A stretch of 43,306 nt of DNA from Candidatus Firestoneibacteriota bacterium (GCA_038042445.1 JBBTED010000038.1:1-43306); one strand, 5' to 3'. Shown: positions 6,609-15,896, counted from the first letter of the stretch. The notes: generated from the sequence alone by a model not told the origin. Program-made: numbers and translations.

Positions 6609-9395
6609 ATGAATAAAGTAATTCATTATTTCCTATTGATTTTCCTTATTACTTTTTTTGTAAAAATCAATTTATTATTTGCCATAGCAGGTCCTGAAAA
6701 TGTTCTCGTTATAGTTAATGATAGTAGTGCAGATTCAAAAACAATTGGAGACTACTACAAGCAAAAAAGAAATATTCCGGATATAAATGTCCTGCATTAT
6801 ACAGGCAGTACCACTGAAACAGTTAATGAAACAACTTATAATTCGTTAGTAACTTCCATAAGAAACTATATTTCTACTAATAATCTATCTAGTAAAATTG
6901 ATTATATTGTTCTTACAAAAGGAACACCATTAAGAGCCACTATAGGTGGCACTACATATTCTTCTTGTAATTGGCTTGTTGCTATGGATGCAGTCCCTTT
7001 AACGACAGATCATACGGACAATCCTTATAATGGCAGGTCCTGGTGGTATAGCAGTTCTCCATGGGGAACACAAATAGATGATACTTTTTTACACAGCAAA
7101 ACATATAATGGCTACACTAAACTTTATTTAGTTACACGATTGGATGGATATACAGTAGATCAGGTAAAAGTTTTAATTGATAATTCAGTTAATGCAGGTG
7201 GTCTTAAAGGAACATCCGGTAAATTTCTTTTTGATGCTAAAGTGAGTGGAGCAGGTTATATACAAGCAGATAATGCGATGACTAATACAAAAAATTCGAT
7301 GGTATCAAATGGATACAGCACGATTTATGATAATACGAGTACTTTTTTAACAGGGTATTCTAACTTGATGGGTTATGTTAGCTGGGGTAGTAATGCAGGT
7401 GCAGATTTCACATTGGCAAAATATCAAAATTTATCTTTTATGCCTGGTTCTATTGGTGAAACTTATGTTTCATCAGGTGGCAGAACTTTTAATTTACCAA
7501 CAGACTGGCCAAATTATTCAGGTCAGTCACTTATAGCGGATTTAGTAAAAAATGGTATAACAGGTGTATCTGGATATGTTGCAGAACCTTATTTAGATGC
7601 CTGTCTTGATGTAGAAAATTTATTTGCCAGATGGACCAAAGGATATAATTTAGCAGAAAGTTTTTATATGGCAGTTCCATATCTAAATTGGATGACAGTT
7701 ATAATAGGGGACCCTCTTTGTTCAGGTATAGGAACACCTAATATAACAGATGCAGGGGCAATTACAAACTCATCAACTGTTACATTTACCTGGAGCAAAG
7801 GAACAATAATAGATTCTTCTACTATTACCAGTTACTATTTACAGGTTGGCACAACAAAAGGTGGAAATGATAAATTTGATGGAGATGTAGGGAATGTATT
7901 AAGTAAAGTAATATCCGGTTGTGAAGAAGGGAAAATATACTATGCGCGTGTTTGTGCAAAAAACACAAATAGTTTATACAGTCCTTGGTCATACACTGAT
8001 GGAATCAATATAGATTTGACAGATTCGAATAAAGCAAGTGATTTTTCTGCTACACCATTAGTAGGCAGAAAGATTCAATTAAGATGGTTACGTTCTACTT
8101 CAAGTGATGCAAATTCATATAGGATTTATATGTCAACAGGTAATATTGATTATTCAACTCCTGTAGCTACTGTTTCTCATCCAACTGAATTATGGATAGC
8201 AGAGAATTTGCAGGATAACCAGCTATATTATTTTGCAATAAGAACAGTAGATTTAGCAGGTAATGAGGAACAAAATACATTTGTAATTAATGCAGTAGCA
8301 GTTGAAAATTTTGACAAAGCGAAAGTAGAAATAAAAGTTCCAAAAAATGAAGAAAAAGTTGGTGGAAAAATATTAACAGTAGTTGCAGATATCATATATG
8401 GAAATATTTTAGATATCAAAGCAGTTAAATTTGAATACAAAAGAGCTACTGAGAGCGTATGGGCGTTATTACCTGTAACGAATGTAAATGATTCAAATCC
8501 TGACACAAAATATCCATATTATATACATTGGGATATTAGTGGTCTGCAAGCATCATCATATAATTTACGTGCAGTAGGAACTGATAAGAACAATATACAG
8601 GATAATTCAGTGGGACATATAACATTTTCAATAGACACTACAGATTTGGATATTGAAGAAGATGGAAATGGTCAGAAAAAAGAAAGAATAGATAACAGGA
8701 AGAACAATTTAATACAATTTGGAGAATTTGGGTTTGACCAATTAACACAAATAATTATACCTTTAGGTTTATTGAGTGTAGAATCAACGAGAATTATTCT
8801 TACAGTAAATCCAAAAGATGCACCTGCTTATGATGGAACTCTGGGATTTGCCGGAGAAATAAGAAAGATTGAATTGGAGAACAATCAAAAAGATTTTGCA
8901 AGCGAAATTACGCTTACTATTCCATACAAAGATAATAATAATGATGGAGTAATAGATGGAACAAGGGTGAAAGAAAAAGAATTAGCTATGTATAGTTATA
9001 ATGATATTTTAAAGAAGTGGGAAAAATTAGTGAGTAATGTAATTGATAAAGAGAATAATGCAGTTACTTCTAAAACAACACATTTTTCGTACTTTGGATT
9101 ATTTGCACCTGTAATGACAGATTTAGTTGAGGCACATGTGTATCCTAATCCATTTAAGCCATCTTTAGGACACACTAATATATATTTTACGAAATTAACA
9201 GATAGGACACGGCTTAGAATTTTCAATGTAGCAGGCGAGTTAATATATGATGTAGAGAAAAGCACACCAAATGGAGAATTTGAATGGAATGCTAAAAATT
9301 CAGGCGGAGAAAATATTGCAAGTGGTGTATATATTTATATGATAACGAATGATAAAGGGCATATTAAAAAAGGCAAATTAGCAATAATACGATAA
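6609..9395 (+). CDS. Secreted TIGR03790-domain protein with FN3/Ig-like repeats and a T9SS/FlgD-Ig-like C-terminal sorting domain
   Basis: Signal peptide. TIGR03790-type motifs YYxxKRNIP, LVTRLDG, GYVAEPYL, GYNLAESFY and IIGDPL. FN3-like YYFAIRTVDLAGNE, a DNNNDG calcium-type motif, and C-terminal VYPNPF...IFNVAGELI...ASGVYIY. Confidence 0.75.
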   Translation: MNKVIHYFLLIFLITFFVKINLLFAIAGPENVLVIVNDSSADSKTIGDYYKQKRNIPDINVLHYTGSTTETVNETTYNSLVTSIRNYISTNNLSSKIDYIVLTKGTPLRATIGGTTYSSCNWLVAMDAVPLTTDHTDNPYNGRSWWYSSSPWGTQIDDTFLHSKTYNGYTKLYLVTRLDGYTVDQVKVLIDNSVNAGGLKGTSGKFLFDAKVSGAGYIQADNAMTNTKNSMVSNGYSTIYDNTSTFLTGYSNLMGYVSWGSNAGADFTLAKYQNLSFMPGSIGETYVSSGGRTFNLPTDWPNYSGQSLIADLVKNGITGVSGYVAEPYLDACLDVENLFARWTKGYNLAESFYMAVPYLNWMTVIIGDPLCSGIGTPNITDAGAITNSSTVTFTWSKGTIIDSSTITSYYLQVGTTKGGNDKFDGDVGNVLSKVISGCEEGKIYYARVCAKNTNSLYSPWSYTDGINIDLTDSNKASDFSATPLVGRKIQLRWLRSTSSDANSYRIYMSTGNIDYSTPVATVSHPTELWIAENLQDNQLYYFAIRTVDLAGNEEQNTFVINAVAVENFDKAKVEIKVPKNEEKVGGKILTVVADIIYGNILDIKAVKFEYKRATESVWALLPVTNVNDSNPDTKYPYYIHWDISGLQASSYNLRAVGTDKNNIQDNSVGHITFSIDTTDLDIEEDGNGQKKERIDNRKNNLIQFGEFGFDQLTQIIIPLGLLSVESTRIILTVNPKDAPAYDGTLGFAGEIRKIELENNQKDFASEITLTIPYKDNNNDGVIDGTRVKEKELAMYSYNDILKKWEKLVSNVIDKENNAVTSKTTHFSYFGLFAPVMTDLVEAHVYPNPFKPSLGHTNIYFTKLTDRTRLRIFNVAGELIYDVEKSTPNGEFEWNAKNSGGENIASGVYIYMITNDKGHIKKGKLAIIR

Positions 9396-9420
9396 AAAAG
9401 CTAAAAATTTAAAACAAAGA

Positions 9421-10500
9421 ATGAAAAACCATAATTTTAAAATTAAAACTTTACTAAGGAGTCAGTTATTGATGGTAGTCGCAGGCTTTAGCCTGCGAAA
9501 AATTATGCAACTTAAAGATTGCTACTATAAATCTTCGCTTTTAACTGACACATTACTTACTTTGCTTGTTTTATTCATTTTTGCATCTAATATTTTCGCA
9601 GTAGAAATTGATACAAAAGCAGGAACAACAGGTGCAGCATTTTTAAAAATGGGAGTTGGAGCAAGGCCAGTAGGGTTAGGAGAGAGTTTTGTTGCAGTAG
9701 CAGATGATGTAAATGCTTTGTATTGGAATCCAGCAGGAATATCTTTGCTTAAACAAAGCGAAGTGACTTTTATGCATAATGTATGGTTAGAAAAAATGAG
9801 TTATGAGTATTTAGGATTTGTATATCCTCTTGAAAGAAGTGCAATTGGAATAAGTGCAGGATATTTGAATATAGGTGAATTAGAAGGCAGAGATATGAAC
9901 GATAATATTACAAGTAATTTTACAGCGTATGATATGTTTGTTGGGGTAACATATAGTCAGAGAATAGAAATTGAAAATGAAGACGAAGGTAAACTATTAA
10001 TTGGAATTACAGTAAAAAATATACAGGAAAAAATAGAAGGGACAAATGCAATTGGATTTGGAGCAGATGCAGGGTGTTTATTTTTAGTAGATGAAAATTG
10101 GACAATAGGAGCAATGCTTCAGAATTTTGGGATAGGTTTAAAATTTATTGATGAAAGAAATAATCTGCCGATGAATATTAAAATAGGAACAGCATATAAA
10201 TTTTTGGAGGATAAAGATTTGTTGTTAAGTGTGGATTTAAACAAACCAATAGATAATAAATTTAGATTAAATGCTGGAGCGGAATATAAGTTGTATGATA
10301 AAAGCTTAGCTAACGGAATTATTGTATTTCGTGGAGGATATAAGTATCAATTAGGCGGCAATGACGATATTGGAGGATTAAGCGATTTATCAGCAGGTAT
10401 TGGATTTGTATATGAAGAAGCAATACAACTTGATTATGCATTTGTTCCTTATGGTCTTTTAGATTTTACCCACCGTATTTCTCTAACAATCCGGTTTTAA
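9421..10500 (+). CDS. PorV/PorQ (UPF0164) family outer-membrane beta-barrel
   Basis: GAAFLKMGVGARPVGLGESFVAVADDVNALYWNPAG, and DYAFVPYGLLDFTHRISLTIRF with a terminal Phe. Confidence 0.85.
   Translation: MKNHNFKIKTLLRSQLLMVVAGFSLRKIMQLKDCYYKSSLLTDTLLTLLVLFIFASNIFAVEIDTKAGTTGAAFLKMGVGARPVGLGESFVAVADDVNALYWNPAGISLLKQSEVTFMHNVWLEKMSYEYLGFVYPLERSAIGISAGYLNIGELEGRDMNDNITSNFTAYDMFVGVTYSQRIEIENEDEGKLLIGITVKNIQEKIEGTNAIGFGADAGCLFLVDENWTIGAMLQNFGIGLKFIDERNNLPMNIKIGTAYKFLEDKDLLLSVDLNKPIDNKFRLNAGAEYKLYDKSLANGIIVFRGGYKYQLGGNDDIGGLSDLSAGIGFVYEEAIQLDYAFVPYGLLDFTHRISLTIRF
9455..9555. mobile_element. Degenerate MITE/REP element inserted in frame in the PorV-like signal peptide
   Basis: Ends TAAGGAGTCAGTTA / TAACTGACACATTA form an inverted repeat with 2 mismatches. 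Internal GGTAGTCGCAGGCTTTAGCCTGCG. It matches the reverse complement of 6518-6553. Confidence 0.75.
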
Positions 10501-10572
10501 AAAATCATATTGAACTTGATAAAGTTTTTAAATATGTATAGTATATAATTATTAAAAAAGGAAAGATATTAA

Positions 10573-12087
10573 ATGAAAAAGACAAAACCTAATATTTTGC
10601 TTATAACCAGTGACCAGCAGCATTGGAATACATTAGGATATTTCAATAAAGAAATCAAAACACCTAATTTAGATAATTTGGCAAAACAAGGAACAGTATT
10701 TAACCGTGCTTATTGTCCGAATCCAACTTGTACACCAACAAGAGCTTCTATTATTACAGGTAAATATCCAAGCCAGCATGGGGCGTGGACATTAGGGACA
10801 AAACTTTCTGAGACCGAACATACTGTTGGCGAGGATTTTTCTAAAGTAAATTACAGAACTGCTTTGATTGGTAAAGCCCATTTTCAGCCTATAACAAGCA
10901 CAAAAGAATTTCCTTCTATTGAATCATACCCTATTATGCAAGATTTAAAATTCTGGAGAAAATTCAATGGTCCATTTTATGGTTTTGAAAGGGTAGAGCT
11001 TGCGCGAAATCATACAGATGAGGGACATATTGGACAGCATTATGCTATTTGGATGGAAGAAAAAGGGTGTCTAAATTGGAGGGATTATTTTCGTCCCCCA
11101 GGAGGAAATAATAATAATAAACAAAAACATAAATGGCTTATTCCTGAGAAATATCATTATAATACGTGGATTGCAGAGCGGACAAATGCATTATTAGAAA
11201 AATACCATAAGAATGATGAAAACTTTTTTTTATGGGCAAGTTTTTTTGACCCGCATCCACCATATTTAGTGCCTGAACCATGGGATACAATGTATGACCC
11301 AAAAAAAATAACAGTGCCATCTGCTATACAGGGAGAACATAAAAATAATCCGCCACATTTTAAATTAGTTCAGCAGAAAAATCCTGATTTTTCCGCATGG
11401 AAAGAAACTGGCTACTATATGCATGGTTTTCATTCGCATTTATACGATAAACCAGATCTTGCCAAAAATATTGCTATATATTATGCAATGGTTAGTATGA
11501 TGGATAAATATATAGGAGAGATTTTGAATAAATTAGATAAACTTGGATTAGCAGAAAATACAGTAGTTGTATTTACAACTGACCATGGCCATTTCTTTGG
11601 ACAACATGGTCTTACTGCAAAAGGTCCTTTTCTTTATGAAGATTTAATAAAAATTCCATTTATTGTTAGATATCCGGGTAGAGGTTCTGCTAAAAAAGAA
11701 TCTTCAGCATTACAGTCTTTAGTTGACCTTGCTCCAACATTTTTAAGCATATCTGGAATTAATATTCCAAGAAGTATGACAGGTTTAGACCAAAAAGATG
11801 TGTGGTCTGGAAAAAAAGATAAAGTGCGTGAACATATAATAGTGGAACATCATCATGAACCAACAACTATACATTTGAAAACTTATGTAAGTGATAGATA
11901 TAAAATTACAGTTTATTACAACCGCAGTTATGGCGAATTATTTGATTTAAAGAAAGACCCACAGGAAATAAACAATTTATGGAATAAAAAAGAATTTGCC
12001 AAGTTAAAAGCAGATTTAATTATGAAATTGTTGTTTGCAGAAATGGGAAAAGAGCCTTTATGGATGCCAAGAATTAATGGTGCATAA
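10573..12087 (+). CDS. Cys-type formylglycine-dependent sulfatase-like hydrolase
   Basis: Motifs PNILLITSDQQ, TPNLDNLA, CTPTRAS (CxPxR), GKAHF, DPHPP, TDHG and ELFDLKKDPQEINNL. Confidence 0.9.
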   Translation: MKKTKPNILLITSDQQHWNTLGYFNKEIKTPNLDNLAKQGTVFNRAYCPNPTCTPTRASIITGKYPSQHGAWTLGTKLSETEHTVGEDFSKVNYRTALIGKAHFQPITSTKEFPSIESYPIMQDLKFWRKFNGPFYGFERVELARNHTDEGHIGQHYAIWMEEKGCLNWRDYFRPPGGNNNNKQKHKWLIPEKYHYNTWIAERTNALLEKYHKNDENFFLWASFFDPHPPYLVPEPWDTMYDPKKITVPSAIQGEHKNNPPHFKLVQQKNPDFSAWKETGYYMHGFHSHLYDKPDLAKNIAIYYAMVSMMDKYIGEILNKLDKLGLAENTVVVFTTDHGHFFGQHGLTAKGPFLYEDLIKIPFIVRYPGRGSAKKESSALQSLVDLAPTFLSISGINIPRSMTGLDQKDVWSGKKDKVREHIIVEHHHEPTTIHLKTYVSDRYKITVYYNRSYGELFDLKKDPQEINNLWNKKEFAKLKADLIMKLLFAEMGKEPLWMPRINGA

Positions 12088-12532
12088 AAATCTCCAAAAG
12101 AAATATAAAATAATTGACCACATTGCGGATATTGGTATAAAAGTGCAGGGCAATTCTTTAAAAGATATATATGAAAATTCTGCGTATGCTTTATTTGATA
12201 TAATTTCTGATATAAAATCAATTCAGCCTTTAAATAGAAGGAAAATAATAGCAACAGGAGAAAATAAAGAATATTTGCTTGTATCCTGGCTTAGTGAACT
12301 TCTATATATTTTTGATACAAAGAAAATGTTGTTTAGCAAATTTGAAATCAAAAACTTAACCAAAAGCAATATTTCTGCAGACATTTTTGGTGAACCTTAT
12401 GTTAAAGGCAAGCATATTTTGAAATGTGAAATAAAAGCAATAACTTACCATCAGCTTGAAATAAAACAGAGTAAAGCAAAAAAGGTTTTATTAAAACCTT
12501 TTTGGGAGGCACAGGTTATTTTTGATGTATGA
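12077..12532 (+). CDS. Archease
   Basis: DHIADIGI (HTAD-like), LLVSWLSELLY, EIKAITYH and terminal FDV. The start at 12077 (overlapping the sulfatase stop) is preferred over 12035. Confidence 0.85.
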   Translation: MVHKNLQKKYKIIDHIADIGIKVQGNSLKDIYENSAYALFDIISDIKSIQPLNRRKIIATGENKEYLLVSWLSELLYIFDTKKMLFSKFEIKNLTKSNISADIFGEPYVKGKHILKCEIKAITYHQLEIKQSKAKKVLLKPFWEAQVIFDV

Positions 12533-13688
12533 CGAAAGAACTAAAATAATTAATTTCTCGATTTTTAGTTTTGCATATTTTTTTATACTTTCAAGTACTG
12601 GTGCATTTCAGCAATTTTTAATTCCATATTTAATTAATAATATTAAATTATCTGCAGAACAGGCGTCTTTAATTCTTGCAGTTGTTTACTTTTCTTTTTT
12701 TGCATTCAGAATTTTAATTAGTTATTTAATTTATTATCTTGGAGATTACTGGGCTTTATTTTTGGGGGGTCTTACATATTTTATTTTTACAGTTAGTTTA
12801 TTGTTTGTTGGAAATTTCTGGGGACTTATGTTTATGGCTATAATATGGGGTTTGGGTGCTGCATTAATGTGGACTACAAGCACAACATTACTTCTTGATA
12901 TGGGTGATTTAAAAAAAGAACATGGATTTCTTATGAGCTTGTTTTATGGAGCTGGAAGATTTGGTTTTGCGATAGGTATTATTTTTATAGGAATATTAAT
13001 TGCATATATAGGTATAAGAAAAACAATAGCTGTTAATAGTATTATTACAGGAATAGGAGTGTTATCATTTTTATTTTTGTCTAATACAGATAAGTCTCAG
13101 AGGGAGAAACCTGATATAAAGAAAATTTTTGAAATCATAATTTCACCCCAGGCTGTAACAGTTGGTTTGGTTTTATTCTTTTCATCTATAAGTTTTGGAT
13201 TATGTCTGGGATTTTTCAGCAAATATATATCAATAAAATATGGTATTGCGAATATTGCAGGTATTACGATATTTTTCCACTTAATGCGTGCATTTCTTAC
13301 AACATTCAGTAGTTTAATAGCAGATAGATTTAGGAAAAATACTATTTTATATGTAAGTTTTATATTTTCAGCAATCGGACTCATATTTTGTGTATTGTTG
13401 CAAGGAGTTATAGGATTGATAGTAGGACTTTTTCTTTTGAGTTTTACAGCAATAATTGAACCAATTTCAATAGCGATAATTGGAGAAATATCAGAGTCTA
13501 AAAACAGGCATTTGGCAATAGGTTCTATTTTTGCATGGAGGGATTTGGGTATAGCTTTATCAATAGTAATGGCGCAATTTTTCGAAAGTATTTTCAAAAA
13601 TATGGAAATTTCACTGTTGTTATTTTCAATGCTTTTTATTTTGTGCGCAATTTTAAGCCGTAGAGCAAAAGAATTTAAAAGGATATAA
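12522..13688 (+). CDS. MFS transporter
   Basis: About 12 hydrophobic segments. IWGLGAALMW and SLIADRFRK are MFS loop-like motifs. Confidence 0.8.
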   Translation: MMYDERTKIINFSIFSFAYFFILSSTGAFQQFLIPYLINNIKLSAEQASLILAVVYFSFFAFRILISYLIYYLGDYWALFLGGLTYFIFTVSLLFVGNFWGLMFMAIIWGLGAALMWTTSTTLLLDMGDLKKEHGFLMSLFYGAGRFGFAIGIIFIGILIAYIGIRKTIAVNSIITGIGVLSFLFLSNTDKSQREKPDIKKIFEIIISPQAVTVGLVLFFSSISFGLCLGFFSKYISIKYGIANIAGITIFFHLMRAFLTTFSSLIADRFRKNTILYVSFIFSAIGLIFCVLLQGVIGLIVGLFLLSFTAIIEPISIAIIGEISESKNRHLAIGSIFAWRDLGIALSIVMAQFFESIFKNMEISLLLFSMLFILCAILSRRAKEFKRI

Positions 13689-13703
13689 TTTTGCAAAAAA
13701 TAT

Positions 13704-13732
13704 TTGCAATTATGTTGTTTGCTAAATATAAT
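13704..13732 (+). promoter_or_regulatory. Sigma70-type promoter for queC-tyrS
   Basis: TTGCAA (13704-13709), 17-bp spacer, TATAAT (13727-13732). Confidence 0.6.
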
Positions 13733-13833
13733 ATAAGTGTATAGGTACATAAGTTCAAGGTGTATAAGTTTTAAAAACTAAGTACATAGAACCTATGTAC
13801 TTAGAACATAGGCACTTATTAGGCACATAAAAC
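13733..13833. repeat. Array of degenerate 7-8 bp units forming inverted arms in the queC leader
   Basis: ATAAGTGT ATAGGTAC ATAAGTTC AAGGTGT ATAAGTTT ... CTAAGTAC ATAGAAC CTATGTAC TTAGAAC ATAGGCAC. Perfect 12-bp hairpin at 13778-13804. Confidence 0.65.
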
Positions 13834-13834
13834 A

Positions 13835-14494
13835 ATGAAAGCAATAGTATTATTATCAGGAGGATTGGATTCAACTACTACTTTATATTGGGCAAAATAT
13901 AAAGGTTATAAATGTTCTTGTTTGATTTTTGATTATGGGCAGAGGCATAAAAGAGAAATAAATTCAGCTATAAAAATCGCGAAAATAGCAAAATGCAAAT
14001 ATGATATTGTGAAAATTAAATTGCCATGGTCAAAAAGTGCATTAACTAATAAAAGGATTAATATCCCTAAAAGAAAATCAGGTGTCCTTTCAAGTGAAAT
14101 TCCAATAACTTATGTGTCTGCAAGAAATACCATATTCTTGAGTTTTGCATTATCTTATGCAGAATCAATAAAAGCGAGTGTAGTTTTAATTGGAGCAAAT
14201 GCAATAGACTATAGCGGTTACCCTGATTGTAGGCCTGAATATTATAAAGCGTATGAGAAAGTTTATAAACTTGGAACAAAATGTGGAATTGAAGGCACTA
14301 AAATTAAAATTGTAACTCCACTTATCAATAAAACAAAATCGCAAATTATAAAATTAGCTTTGAAATTAAATGTTCCAATTAAATGGACATGGTCATGTTA
14401 TACAGGTGAAAAAATTCCTTGTGGCAAATGCGATAGTTGTTTATTGCGTATGAAAGGATTTAAAGAAGTAAATATTTTAGATGAAATTAATTGA
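13835..14494 (+). CDS. queC: 7-cyano-7-deazaguanine synthase QueC
   Basis: Motifs LSGGLDST, FDYGQRH, TYVSARN, DYSGYPDCRPE and TWSCY...CGKCDSC. Confidence 0.96.
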   Translation: MKAIVLLSGGLDSTTTLYWAKYKGYKCSCLIFDYGQRHKREINSAIKIAKIAKCKYDIVKIKLPWSKSALTNKRINIPKRKSGVLSSEIPITYVSARNTIFLSFALSYAESIKASVVLIGANAIDYSGYPDCRPEYYKAYEKVYKLGTKCGIEGTKIKIVTPLINKTKSQIIKLALKLNVPIKWTWSCYTGEKIPCGKCDSCLLRMKGFKEVNILDEIN

Positions 14495-14521
14495 TAAGAA
14501 TGATAAAATAAAAATGACTAT

Positions 14522-15727
14522 ATGGATGAACTGGAAATAATAAAAAGAGGTGTGGTTTCAATAACTACAGAAGAATTGCTTATTGGAAAACTAAAAAAAT
14601 CCAAAAGCGAGAAAAAACCTTTAAGAATTAAACTTGGAGTTGACCCAACTGCTCCTGATATTCATCTTGGATTTACTGTTGTTTTACGCAAATTAAGGCA
14701 ATTTCAGGAATTAGGGCATAGAATTGTGCTTATAATTGGTGATTATACAGCAATGATAGGTGACCCAAGTGGCAGGTCAGCAGCAAGACCACAACTTACT
14801 CATGAGCAGGTAATGGAAAATTCCAAAAAATATCAGCAGCAATTTTTTAAAATCGTTGGCAAAGAGAATGTTGAAATTGTCTATAATGGTTCATGGTTTT
14901 CCAAAATGAATTTTCAGGACATAATCAAATTAGTATCAAAAGTTACTATTGGCAGGCTTTTAAGCCATGATTATTTTGCTGATAGATATAAAGCTGGAAA
15001 CCCAATTTCTTTACACGAGCTAATGTATCCTGTGATGCAGGGATATGATTCAATTATGGTCCAAGCAGATATTGAGCTTGGAGCTACTGATCAGACTTTC
15101 AATGTATTGATTGGTAGGGATATGCAAAAAGATGCAGGTATGGAACCGCAAATCGGGATTTTTATGCCTGTTTTAATTGGAATGGATGGTAAGCAAAAAA
15201 TGAGCAAGAGTTTAGGTAATTACATAGGCATAGATGAAGAACCTCAGGAAATATTTGGGAAGTTAATGTCAATACCTGATGAAATAATGATTCAATATTA
15301 TGAATTAATAAGTGATTTATCTCTTACGGAAATAAATGAGATTAAGAAACAGTTAAAAGATGGTAGTTTTCATCCACGTGATGCAAAGAAAAAATTAGCT
15401 TATGAAATAACAAGAATGTATTCTACTTCTGAAAAAGCCAAAAATGCTGAAGAAGAATTTGAAAGAGTTTTTAAAGATAAACAAAACCCCGAAGATATGC
15501 AGGAAATAAAAATAGCATCTACTGAATTAAAAGATGGCAAAATATGGATTGTTAAACTTTTGACTTTAACAGGTATGGCTGAAAGTAAAGGTGAAGCTCA
15601 ACGTTTGATTTCTCAAGGTGCAGTAACATTAAACGGCGAAAAAATAACAACTCCTTCTGACTGTGTTTTGCAAGATGGTGCAATATTAAAAGTCGGCAAA
15701 CGAAAATTCGCAAAACTCAGACTATAA
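14522..15727 (+). CDS. tyrS: Tyrosine--tRNA ligase
   Basis: Motifs KLGVDPTAPDIHLGF, IGDPSGR, YPVMQGYD, GATDQTFN and KMSKSLGN, plus a C-terminal S4 domain ending VGKRKF. Confidence 0.96.
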   Translation: MDELEIIKRGVVSITTEELLIGKLKKSKSEKKPLRIKLGVDPTAPDIHLGFTVVLRKLRQFQELGHRIVLIIGDYTAMIGDPSGRSAARPQLTHEQVMENSKKYQQQFFKIVGKENVEIVYNGSWFSKMNFQDIIKLVSKVTIGRLLSHDYFADRYKAGNPISLHELMYPVMQGYDSIMVQADIELGATDQTFNVLIGRDMQKDAGMEPQIGIFMPVLIGMDGKQKMSKSLGNYIGIDEEPQEIFGKLMSIPDEIMIQYYELISDLSLTEINEIKKQLKDGSFHPRDAKKKLAYEITRMYSTSEKAKNAEEEFERVFKDKQNPEDMQEIKIASTELKDGKIWIVKLLTLTGMAESKGEAQRLISQGAVTLNGEKITTPSDCVLQDGAILKVGKRKFAKLRL

Positions 15728-15765
15728 AAATTTCATACCCAGACAAAATATAATTTTGAAATAAT

Positions 15766-15795
15766 TGAAACAAATCCTAATGAGTTTGTGTCATA
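15766..15795 (+). promoter_or_regulatory. Possible ECF-sigma promoter for the ABC module
   Basis: TGAAAC-N17-TGTCATA resembles ECF -35 AAC / -10 GTC promoters. Confidence 0.3.
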
Positions 15796-15831
15796 TAGTT
15801 AAAAGGTGAAATGTAACAAATTAATTGTATT

Positions 15832-15853
15832 GTAGTTGCTCAATTTATTGAGC
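15832..15853. repeat. GTAG-tagged REP-like half element
   Basis: GTAGTT followed by the hairpin GCTCAAT-TT-ATTGAGC. Confidence 0.5.
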
Positions 15854-15896
15854 TAATTAGAGCCAGTATATAAATTACATTGAATAGGAGGAAGTC

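Noticed and set aside
13749..13782. preQ1-I riboswitch upstream of queC (TTC loop start and AAAAACTAA tail look similar)
   Set aside because: The required P1 stem cannot form: ATAAG has no CTTAT partner before the A-rich tail.
14495..14521. T-box leader before tyrS
   Set aside because: The gap is only 27 nt and has no T-box motif.
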